A model generated the notes under the pieces. It was not told where the DNA came from, did no database searches, and saw nothing but the letters and a program-made list of their open reading frames with translations. 64,000 nucleotides of DNA, taken from the IMG/VR virus record IMGVR_UViG_3300008448_012223; one strand, written 5' to 3'. This DNA comes from a virus. Below are positions 19,371-27,231 of the stretch, in pieces. The stretch's first letter is position 1. Every line of letters begins with the position of its first letter. The position numbers and the translations under genes were made by a program.

Positions 19371-19781
19371 TTAATCCTCAGATTTAATTGTTTCGGTGAA
19401 ACTTAAAATAGTCTCCATTATTTTTGTCGTTTCTGGAATCAAGATATTTAAGGTTTCGTTGTCTCCTTCACTTTTTGGTTCTTTTTTAATCGAATCTATC
19501 TTAACCCAATCATGCCCAGTGGCTGTCCCCTCTACCCTAACTACTAAAGATTTAGATGACTTAGAACGATACTCAACCCAAACATCGTATCTTCCTTTTA
19601 GCTTGTTTGGATAGAGAATATTGATAGAGCCTTCTAATACTAAGTCGGTGAAAACATCTATTTGCCTTAGTTTAAGAGTCCATTTTGAGTAATCAACCAT
19701 TTTATAGGCATTATCACAAAAAACCCCGATTTGTTTTAATACTTCTATCATTTTGTAAGCATCTATTTTCCATGCGCCCAT
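19371..19781 (-). CDS. Paralog family A member (hypothetical)
   Basis: EVLKQIGVFCDNAY…SKW…GDNETLNILIPETTKIMETILSF. Confidence 0.7.
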   Translation of the reverse strand: MGAWKIDAYKMIEVLKQIGVFCDNAYKMVDYSKWTLKLRQIDVFTDLVLEGSINILYPNKLKGRYDVWVEYRSKSSKSLVVRVEGTATGHDWVKIDSIKKEPKSEGDNETLNILIPETTKIMETILSFTETIKSED

Positions 19782-19794
19782 CTGTTGCTCCTAT

Positions 19795-20157
19795 TTACTC
19801 TTGAATCTCATCAAGAATGAAAGTGAAAATGTCTAATATTACTTTTCGAGTTTCTCTGTATTTGTTGTCAAAATAATCAGATTTTGGCCTTCTAATATAA
19901 TTAAATACTATTTTATTTTCATAGGAACAGTTATTGTCTCTATCGTCAGGGTTTATCCATAATTCAAATGTGCCTACACTATACGCTTCGCATAAAACGC
20001 GCTTAAGCAGTCCATCCAGAAAAACCTCTATTATTAATTCATCAGGAAAAAGGGGACACTGAATTATATTATCTTCAGAGTCAAGATTCCATCTTAAATT
20101 TGGATAACTTCTGTGACAGAATTCCAATATTTTTTCTGTTACTTGTTTTATGTCCAT
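19795..20157 (-). CDS. Paralog family A member (hypothetical)
   Basis: MDIKQVTEKILEFCHRSYPNLRW…ILDIFTFILDEIQE. Confidence 0.7.
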   Translation of the reverse strand: MDIKQVTEKILEFCHRSYPNLRWNLDSEDNIIQCPLFPDELIIEVFLDGLLKRVLCEAYSVGTFELWINPDDRDNNCSYENKIVFNYIRRPKSDYFDNKYRETRKVILDIFTFILDEIQE

Positions 20158-20172
20158 TAATTTGACTCCTGT

Positions 20173-20571
20173 TTATTCTTGAATTTCGTTAGCAATAAAG
20201 TTGAAAATACCTAGCATCACTTCTCGATATTTTTTGTACAAGTCCCAGTCTTTTTTATCCCACTCTTTTGTTATTGGGAGACTACGAAAATCTATTTTTT
20301 TGTCACAATTTAGATGAATACCAAACATCCCCAACCAACCTACATTAACTAGGTCAAAGTGTCCGATTATATAATCATCAGTAGTTTCTTCTTATAAAGA
20401 AGAAACCTTATTTCTTTTGTCTGAGCAAATTTTTAGAGTTACTTTAAACGGAAAATCTACCCCACAAATTACGGTTTTATTTGCATACTCACTATTTACA
20501 TTCCACTCTAAATTTGGGTATTGATTTAGACAATAACCTGATATTTTATAAGCTATTTGCCATGTGTCCAT
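20173..20571 (-). pseudogene. Paralog family A member interrupted by an in-frame TAA at 20392-20394
   Basis: Manual translation: MDTWQIAYKISGYCLNQYPNLEW…KVSSL*EETTDDY…YREVMLGIFNFIANEIQE*. It is absent from the ORF track. Confidence 0.7.
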
Positions 20572-20679
20572 TGGTGTTACTCCTATTAGGTGAATTTACT
20601 AGACAGAATATCTGCTTAGTATTGTTTTTATTCTTGAATCTCATCAAGAATAAAACTGAACTATTTTGACAAGATTTCT

Positions 20680-20704
20680 ATTGCGAAAACGAAGGATATG
20701 ACTG
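20680..20704. repeat. Exact 25-bp direct repeat of a selO segment (24550-24574); attP-like core
   Basis: ATTGCGAAAACGAAGGATATGACTG occurs at both positions. It is flanked by TATTTTGACAA at 20662-20672 and 20729-20739, TTTGACAA at 20776-20783, and an inverted TTGTCAC at 20709-20715. Confidence 0.85.
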
Positions 20705-20828
20705 CACTTTGTCACAAAATTTTACTATTATTTTGACAACTCTCAATGGTTAGAGAGAAAACATCCAATCCAGTCTTTGACAATAGCTTGTAACGGTAAA
20801 TCACGACGCTGACTTTATTCTTATCTAA

Positions 20829-20870
20829 GAGATACCACAAGCTTTATAGAAATGTCAAGGAAGAAGTCTA
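20829..20870 (-). promoter_or_regulatory. Repeated promoter cassette, copy 1 (TTGACA -35, degenerate -10)
   Basis: Shares AAGCTTTATAGAAATGTCAAG..AGAAGTCTAA with the copy at ~21570-21610. The -10 reads TATCTC. Confidence 0.5.
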
Positions 20871-20935
20871 AGGGTTTTATCTAGAAAATACACCTTAACA
20901 GTCCTATCGCTAAAAATAACAGGGCTCCTTAATAT

Positions 20936-21220
20936 TTAATCATCCCCCCAGTCCGGGTAGTATTGCAAATAAACAGCTTGTCGCTCAATAGCCTGCTTCT
21001 TAAGTTTTTCAATTTCTTCATCATCAAAGTCATACTCCCAAACTATAGAATCAAGAAACTGGTCTTCTTTTTCCATAAACAATTTCTTTTTAACCATAAA
21101 ATCTTGGCAACCATAAGACATCCCTCCGCTTTTCCCTATAAAAATAAGGGCATTGTCTTCAACGGTCGCCAAAAGCTCTTTTAATTGTTTTGCAGTAATC
21201 ACTTTGTGTCTCCTAAACAA
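20936..21220 (-). CDS. Hypothetical protein
   Basis: 94-aa ORF; ITAKQLKELLATVEDNALIFI is a typical phage small-protein pattern. Confidence 0.6.
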   Translation of the reverse strand: MFRRHKVITAKQLKELLATVEDNALIFIGKSGGMSYGCQDFMVKKKLFMEKEDQFLDSIVWEYDFDDEEIEKLKKQAIERQAVYLQYYPDWGDD

Positions 21221-21522
21221 AAAGCTATCTTATCAATATAAAGAGGAAACCCTAATACTTCCCAGCATTCTAATAGTCTTGGCACGTCAACGGTTTGAGC
21301 CGTATAATTTAATCCTGTTTCAGTGATAATGAATTTTTCAAAAATCTCTGGGGCAACCTCAACGCAACAGCAGTTGGTGTCGTCAAATTTACCAGACTTT
21401 TCGGCTAATTCAGAAGTAATCTCGATCAAAACCTCTTTTGTGAGTAATTTTTTCCAAGCTACATTATAAATGTCGTTAAACTGAGCGATAAATTTAGCGT
21501 AATCAGATCGGGAATTAGACAT
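21199..21522 (-). CDS. Paralog family B member (hypothetical)
   Basis: MSNS…LAEKSGKFDD…NYTAQTVDVPRLLECWEVLGF; closely similar to 21644-22105. Confidence 0.7.
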   Translation of the reverse strand: MSNSRSDYAKFIAQFNDIYNVAWKKLLTKEVLIEITSELAEKSGKFDDTNCCCVEVAPEIFEKFIITETGLNYTAQTVDVPRLLECWEVLGFPLYIDKIAFCLGDTK

Positions 21523-21566
21523 AGCTTATGGCAGAAAAAGGTGTTAAACTATATTTGACTTACTTA

Positions 21567-21610
21567 AATCTACCATAAGCTTTATAGAAATGTCAAGTAA
21601 GAAGTCTAAA
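21567..21610 (-). promoter_or_regulatory. Sigma70-type promoter cassette, copy 2
   Basis: Minus strand reads TTGACA-N18-TAGATT with an extended TG, directly upstream of 21522. Confidence 0.65.
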
Positions 21611-21643
21611 AACTTTTTGGGATACCAGTCCCTGCATCAAAAC

Positions 21644-22105
21644 CTATGGGCAACTCTTATAAAAATTAAAGGCGGTAGTATCAATATAACCAGTAAACCC
21701 TAATGCTTCCCAGTATTCTAATAGTCTTGGCACGTCAACAGTTTGAGCCGTATAATTTGATCCTGTATTAGTAATAAGAAATTCTTGAAAAATTTCTGGT
21801 GCAATGTAAACTGAAAGATAGCTAGTGCCGTCAACCTTGCCAGTTTTGCCCTGTAATTCAGGAGTAATCATATCAGCATCGTCAAATTTACCAGACTTTT
21901 TGGCTAATTCAGCGGTAACCCCAAGTGAAATTTTGGTTACAAGCAATTCTTGATAAACTGAATCGCTTTCATCAGATAAGCCCCACGCAATAAATCTAAC
22001 AATATAATCAGGTTTTAATTCTGTAACTTGATCTTTGACAATTTTTCCAGTTACTCCATAAACAGGAGTATTAAAATTTTGTTGCACTTCTGGAGAATTA
22101 GACAT
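21644..22105 (-). CDS. Paralog family B member (hypothetical)
   Basis: MSNS…LAKKSGKFDD…NYTAQTVDVPRLLEYWEALGF. Confidence 0.7.
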   Translation of the reverse strand: MSNSPEVQQNFNTPVYGVTGKIVKDQVTELKPDYIVRFIAWGLSDESDSVYQELLVTKISLGVTAELAKKSGKFDDADMITPELQGKTGKVDGTSYLSVYIAPEIFQEFLITNTGSNYTAQTVDVPRLLEYWEALGFTGYIDTTAFNFYKSCP

Positions 22106-22148
22106 AACTTGTAGTAAAAAAGATGCTAAATTATATTTGACTTACTTA

Positions 22149-22192
22149 AGTCTACCATAAGCGTAATAGAAATATCAAGCAATAAGCCTAAA
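22149..22192 (-). promoter_or_regulatory. Sigma70-type promoter cassette, copy 3
   Basis: Minus strand reads TTGATA-N18-TAGACT with an extended TG, upstream of 22105. Confidence 0.6.
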
Positions 22193-22321
22193 AATTATTA
22201 TCCTCTTAACGCCCGTACTTCACTACTTGAATATGAAAGACTAAAAAAATACTGCAATTTCCAAAAGCGGTCAATAACCGAAGTAGTCTGGGAATTAATT
22301 AGAAGTTTACCCGATGACTGA
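22172..22321 (+). pseudogene. Small ribbon-helix-helix/CopG-like regulator whose start codon is ATA instead of ATG
   Basis: (M)SSNKPKNYYPLNARTSLLEYERLKKYCNFQKRSITEVVWELIRSLPDD*. The other cassette copies have ATG at the equivalent position. Confidence 0.5.
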
Positions 22322-22325
22322 TACT

Positions 22326-22355
22326 AAAAGTGCCAGTTCATAGACTGGTACTTTT
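22326..22355. terminator. Bidirectional hairpin terminator
   Basis: AAAAGTGCCAGT-TCATAG-ACTGGTACTTTT between convergent ORFs. Confidence 0.75.
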
Positions 22356-22752
22356 ATTTTATTCTCTGATTAATAGCCGACGGTTTTAGCCTGCTTTCGG
22401 TTTTTTCAACTTCATCTGGAAGCTTATCTGTTATTTCTGCGTCTAGTTTTTGCTCGATTTGTAGTTCTCGCCAAAAATTAGCAATAATCCAATCAGCTAT
22501 TTCTTTAAAATCCATTTGCTCACGGCATGAATGCCAGTAATCAATGTCGTTGTTTTTTTACCACCAATAGTAAAAAGCATCCCAGATTTCTTGCCGCGTT
22601 TCTTCAGTAAGAAGAAGATTGATTCGAGTAAGTACCTTTCCTCGATAGGAATCAAGGGAAGCAATAGATCGGTGATTATAGTTCTTTGAGCGATCAAAAA
22701 AGATTTCGGAATTTATGCGATCAATTATGGGATTAGTAGAAGGGAAAAACAT
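22354..22752 (-). pseudogene. Hypothetical gene split by an in-frame TAA at 22558-22560
   Basis: …WDAFYYWW*KNNDIDYWHSCREQMDFKEIADWIIANFW… continues in the same frame to a TAA at 22354. Confidence 0.5.
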
Positions 22753-22949
22753 TGATTTGTCCTCTTGTGTGTTTTTGTTTACTAGTAGTCGTACAAAATA
22801 AATTTCCCAGTGAAGAAAAGCAGGGGGGTAAGAGATAAGGAGGGGGTTAGATATATGTAATTAATTTTGCTTAGGTACTTATAGAATAAATACATTATGC
22901 ACGATAGCTTAACTCAACATTTGCATCTACCGCCTCATACCAAAGGCCA

Positions 22950-23156
22950 TTAGTTATCATCTTCGAGTCGAGACTTATCAATTATAACACAAGGTTTCCA
23001 AGTGGATTTTTCCTGAGATTTAATGTTTACTTCTTCGGAAAATAAGATTTTCGGTTGATGAGAAACTACATTAGAACGTTTAATTTTAGTTAAATCCAAG
23101 TATTCGATAATATTTTCTCCATCATCAAATTTGCGGTCAAAATCTTCAGCTTTCAT
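22950..23156 (-). pseudogene. BrnA/CopG-type antitoxin N-terminus fused to unrelated sequence
   Basis: MKAEDFDRKFDDGENIIEYLDLTKIKR is the typical N-terminus of this family, but the expected C-terminal RHH region is not present. Confidence 0.55.
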
Positions 23157-23238
23157 AAATTTTTACCTCTTTAGGTCTAGAGCATCGGACTGAAATAATA
23201 CGGATTTTGGTTTGACGATAGGTAACTACAGCTGACCA
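23146..23238 (-). pseudogene. BrnT-like toxin C-terminal remnant
   Basis: WSAVVTYRQTKIRIISVRCSRPKEVKIYES* overlaps the antitoxin ATG. The 5' part is missing, with selO abutting it. Confidence 0.6.
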
Positions 23239-23253
23239 TTACTTATTACTTAA

Positions 23254-24678
23254 TTACTGTTTATTCTGTAATTTTATCACTAATTCATGGAAAGGTTGCC
23301 AATCATCGTTATAAGTAATTGCCTCCCAAACCGATTCGATTAGCGGTCTAAGTAAAGCGGTTTTAGGATTATAATGCGTTAAGGTGTCGTCAACTTCAGA
23401 CAAGGAATCTAGGGGTAATTGATTTAAGACCAAACTATATAACTCTCGCCAACGTTGCCAATCAGCTTTTGGTAAATCCGTATTTTCAAGAATTAGGGAA
23501 CTATTTTCTCGCCAACCGTAATTAAATTGTTCACTTAATTGATAGAAAAGTTCGTGATAACCCAGATCAGTTTCTTGGAGAACTTCCACAGTTTTGCTGA
23601 CCAGTAAAGCGGATTCGGGAGTAAAAATATCCTCAAAACCTAACTTTTTGAGCATCATTTTTTGATAATAAAAATTGTAATGCTGGTCATAGTTAGCCAA
23701 AGCCATATCTAACTCTAACAAGGAGATGACCATCGACAGGGGAGATTGCAGTAACTCTAGATTTAAACGACAGATAAAAGGCTGATTACCATAACTATAA
23801 CGGCCACCGTAGTCGAAATAAGCCGCCGTAAATTGGGGGTTATAGGAAGGAATAAAAGCGTAGGGACCATAATCGAAACTTTCCCCAGTAATTGACATAT
23901 TATCGGTATTAAGAACCCCATGACAAAAACCTGCGGCCATCCATTGGGCTGCTAGTTTAGCGGTTCTTTCGATTAAAGCGGCGTAAAATTTTAAATAGCG
24001 ATCACTATCTTGGGGATTGATTTCAGGATAATAATAAATAATCACATGATCGAGGAGTCTTTTAATTAAATCGCCACGTTTAATATGAAATAAACGCTCA
24101 AAAGTCCCGAAACGAATATGAGAATTACTAACTCGAATCATCACCGAAGATCGCGTCGGGGAAGGTTCATCGCCGCGCCAGAGAGCTTCCCCCGTTTCCA
24201 CCAAACTCAGACAGCGAGAGGTATTCACCCCTAAACTGCGTAAAGCTTCCGCGGCTAAGACTTCTCTGACTCCACCCTTGAGAGTTAACCTACCGTCTGC
24301 ATGACGAGAATAGGGAGTCCGTCCCGATCCTTTCGTACCAAAATCGTATAATTTGCCATCAATACCCCTAACTTGACCGTAGAGAAAACCGCGACCATCT
24401 CCCAAGAAAGGATTATACTCGCCAAATTGATAACCGTGGTAACGCAGGGCCAAAAAGGGGGTCAGGGATTGAAATTTACCAAAAGCCTCGATAAAATGCT
24501 CATCTAAAGTTAATTCTGGCTGAATTCCCACCAAAGGTAATAAAGCATCATTGCGAAAACGAAGGATATGACTGGGAAAATCCGCAGCCGCAACTTGATC
24601 ATAGTATTGGTCCCCCAAGTCCTGCATGGCGCTTTCGTAAGGGAGACTGAGAAAGGGATTGGTGAGGTGGTCTGTCAT
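23254..24678 (-). CDS. selO: Protein adenylyltransferase SelO (YdiU/UPF0061), cyanobacterial type, intact
   Basis: Contains YHGYQFG…[22 protein letters not shown]…[15 protein letters not shown] and [14 protein letters not shown]…DYGP. Confidence 0.95.
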   Translation of the reverse strand: MTDHLTNPFLSLPYESAMQDLGDQYYDQVAAADFPSHILRFRNDALLPLVGIQPELTLDEHFIEAFGKFQSLTPFLALRYHGYQFGEYNPFLGDGRGFLYGQVRGIDGKLYDFGTKGSGRTPYSRHADGRLTLKGGVREVLAAEALRSLGVNTSRCLSLVETGEALWRGDEPSPTRSSVMIRVSNSHIRFGTFERLFHIKRGDLIKRLLDHVIIYYYPEINPQDSDRYLKFYAALIERTAKLAAQWMAAGFCHGVLNTDNMSITGESFDYGPYAFIPSYNPQFTAAYFDYGGRYSYGNQPFICRLNLELLQSPLSMVISLLELDMALANYDQHYNFYYQKMMLKKLGFEDIFTPESALLVSKTVEVLQETDLGYHELFYQLSEQFNYGWRENSSLILENTDLPKADWQRWRELYSLVLNQLPLDSLSEVDDTLTHYNPKTALLRPLIESVWEAITYNDDWQPFHELVIKLQNKQ

Positions 24679-24919
24679 AGTGGTGGTGTTAATCGAGCGT
24701 TGAGGCGATAAAGTGATAAAGAGGGTTAATACTAAATCCGTTGAGTATGCGCTACATATCAGGCCGCTGCTCCCAGGGTTATGGTTAAATATGAGCTACC
24801 CTAATATTAGAATATATAGTGCAGGAGAAAAAAGCCATCCCACAAGTTAGAGTCCAGAGGTGTTTAGTATGACTCTTAATATGTGCAATATTTAACCCCT
24901 ACACTACAACGCAAATTAT

Positions 24920-26962
24920 ATGTCTATTCAAGATAATGCACTAGCATTACCATTACTCCCCAGCATAATAACTGGGGACTCAATGGTAATAGTACTAATT
25001 CGTAATGGAATGGTAACACCATACCGCACTAATCTAAGTACTCTATTACCTGGGCCCGCTACAGCCAGCGTACTAGGTACTATCAGGCTAACCGGCGACT
25101 TAGGTGGTACAGCAACAGCGCCTACCGTACCCGGCCTGACAACGCGGGCCCCTATCAATAATGCAGCACTAACCGGGGCCCCCACTGCACCCACACCTCC
25201 TAGTGGCGACAATAACACGCGGTTAGCCACTACTGCCTGGGTACGCACGCATATAAACAGCACTGGTATTAATACGCTGAGTGATGTAGCTATAACTACT
25301 CCTGTTATAGGGCAGGGCCTAACATGGAATGGTACTAACTGGGTTAATGCTACAGCATCTGGTGGGGGGGATTTACTGGCGCTCAATAATTTAGATGATG
25401 TAAATAACACACAGACTGCGCTCAATAATCTAATAGATGGTGATAATAACATACACACTACAGGCACTATTAGGTGGAGCACCAATATAGCTAATATAGG
25501 CGGCCTACCGCCAGCTAATACCTACCGAGGTATGTTTGCTGCAGTCAATGATGCGGGGGGTGCCTATTATTCTAATGGTACTGAGTGGCTACGGCTAGAT
25601 AGAGCCCTGCTCAATGATCTCAATGATGTTAATACTGCAGGCGTAACTAATGGTCAGGTTCTAGCATATCAGAGTGGTAACTGGATACCTACTACTCTGG
25701 TGTCAGGAGGGGCGGGTCCAGCCACTACTACTGATCTACCTGAGGGGGCTAATCTCTATTATACAAGCGCTCGAGTAGATGCGCGTATCGGGCTGGCGGA
25801 ATTATCTGATCTACTGAATGTCAGCAATACAGCAGCTACTAATGGGCAGTACCTAGCGTGGAATAGCGCAACTGGTAACTGGGTCCCTACCACACCAGTT
25901 ACCAGTGGTGGTTCTACTTTCACTAGCCCTCTTACTACTAAGGGCGATATACATACGTATAGTACTACTGATGCCCGTCTGCCTATAGGGGCTAATGGCA
26001 CCTTCTTAGTAGCTGACTCTGCAACGACGACGGGGCTACGGTGGCAGGCTGCTCTATCACTTAATAACATTGCTGATGTTAATACGCCAGATCCCAATGA
26101 TAATGATGTGTTAACCTGGACGGGCAGTCAATGGGAGGCTGTTGCACTTGAGCCTCTCTTACCACTAGACATAACAACTCCTAGCGCGGGGCAAGTACTA
26201 CGATATAATGGCACTGACTGGGCCAATGAATCTCTCCCTCTGACTAGACTATCAGACGTGAATATAAGTAGCATTGATCTAGAAGATGGAGACACTATAG
26301 TCTGGGATAACACTAGTAATAGATGGGTGCGCTCTAGTGTACAGCCGCCCCCTGATACTGATGATATAGCTGAGGGTACAACTAATCTCTACTACACTGA
26401 TGCGCGTGTAACTACTAGATTCAATACTCTAATCCCCACAGTAGCTAAGGGGGATCTATTGGTACAGGGTGCCACAGTACTAAGTCGGCTCCCCGTAGGT
26501 AACAACGACCAGGTACTACTGGCTGATAGCACTACAGCCACTGGTTTGCGCTGGGGCGCAGTTAGCGGCACTCTGGCAGGCCTATCTGATGTTGCTATCA
26601 CTAGCCCTGCGCAGGGCCAGGTGTTGACGTGGAATGCTACTACCAGTAGATGGAACGCGGCTAACCTCAGTAATCAGGTATCACTGAATAGGCAGACTCT
26701 CACTGGTGCGCTGACTCTCACATTATCTAGCGCTGGTACACAACACCTAGACCCTGGTGGTACGAACAGAGATGTATTATTACCGCTTAATCCTACGGTG
26801 GGGACGCGCTTCCGTATACTGAATCTGGCGCCCGCGTTTAATATTCTAGTTAAGAATCCCAATACTAGCGCTACCGTACTGACGCTGGGTAATAGCAGCA
26901 CGAGTATACAGGCAGAGTTCACATGGGATGGCGTAGATTGGTACTCCTGGGAACCTGCCTAA
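24920..26962 (+). CDS. Tail fibre protein with internal repeats
   Basis: Seven L.DL.DV….GQ.L.W.G..W repeats, two TDD(L/I).EG.NLYYT.ARV repeats, two KGD…RLP.G…L.ADS…GLRW repeats, and GAPTAPTP..GDN.TRLATTAWV. Confidence 0.85.
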   Translation: MSIQDNALALPLLPSIITGDSMVIVLIRNGMVTPYRTNLSTLLPGPATASVLGTIRLTGDLGGTATAPTVPGLTTRAPINNAALTGAPTAPTPPSGDNNTRLATTAWVRTHINSTGINTLSDVAITTPVIGQGLTWNGTNWVNATASGGGDLLALNNLDDVNNTQTALNNLIDGDNNIHTTGTIRWSTNIANIGGLPPANTYRGMFAAVNDAGGAYYSNGTEWLRLDRALLNDLNDVNTAGVTNGQVLAYQSGNWIPTTLVSGGAGPATTTDLPEGANLYYTSARVDARIGLAELSDLLNVSNTAATNGQYLAWNSATGNWVPTTPVTSGGSTFTSPLTTKGDIHTYSTTDARLPIGANGTFLVADSATTTGLRWQAALSLNNIADVNTPDPNDNDVLTWTGSQWEAVALEPLLPLDITTPSAGQVLRYNGTDWANESLPLTRLSDVNISSIDLEDGDTIVWDNTSNRWVRSSVQPPPDTDDIAEGTTNLYYTDARVTTRFNTLIPTVAKGDLLVQGATVLSRLPVGNNDQVLLADSTTATGLRWGAVSGTLAGLSDVAITSPAQGQVLTWNATTSRWNAANLSNQVSLNRQTLTGALTLTLSSAGTQHLDPGGTNRDVLLPLNPTVGTRFRILNLAPAFNILVKNPNTSATVLTLGNSSTSIQAEFTWDGVDWYSWEPA

Positions 26963-26973
26963 CGTTCAGGTTA

Positions 26974-27231
26974 ATGGCGCAGCATATAGTAGAGACTATT
27001 GAGACTATAGCAACAGGTAATACTAGCGATACTGCACTGTCACTAGGTACAATAGATCAGACGGTATGGTTAACTCACCACGCCGGCGTACGGTGTATAA
27101 CGGGGGCTATAATTTGTGATTGTAAATATAATGGGACTAGGCCCGCGTGGCCTATCAGTAGCGTTAGAAGCACTCAGTCGAGGTCTAACTGTACGCGCAT
27201 GGGACCCGAGGCCCCTGAGCAGCTGGGGTAA
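26974..27231 (+). CDS. Possible small hypothetical protein
   Basis: ATG at 26974 (MAQHIVETIETIATG…), but the 3' end overlaps the next gene by about 115 nt. Confidence 0.3.
   Translation: MAQHIVETIETIATGNTSDTALSLGTIDQTVWLTHHAGVRCITGAIICDCKYNGTRPAWPISSVRSTQSRSNCTRMGPEAPEQLG

Noticed and set aside
20705-20790. Tn7/CAST-like transposon end (TGT…TGACAA repeats)
   Set aside because: The spacing from TGT to the first TGACAA is not the canonical terminal arrangement. There is no partner end, no tns gene and no 5-bp target duplication.
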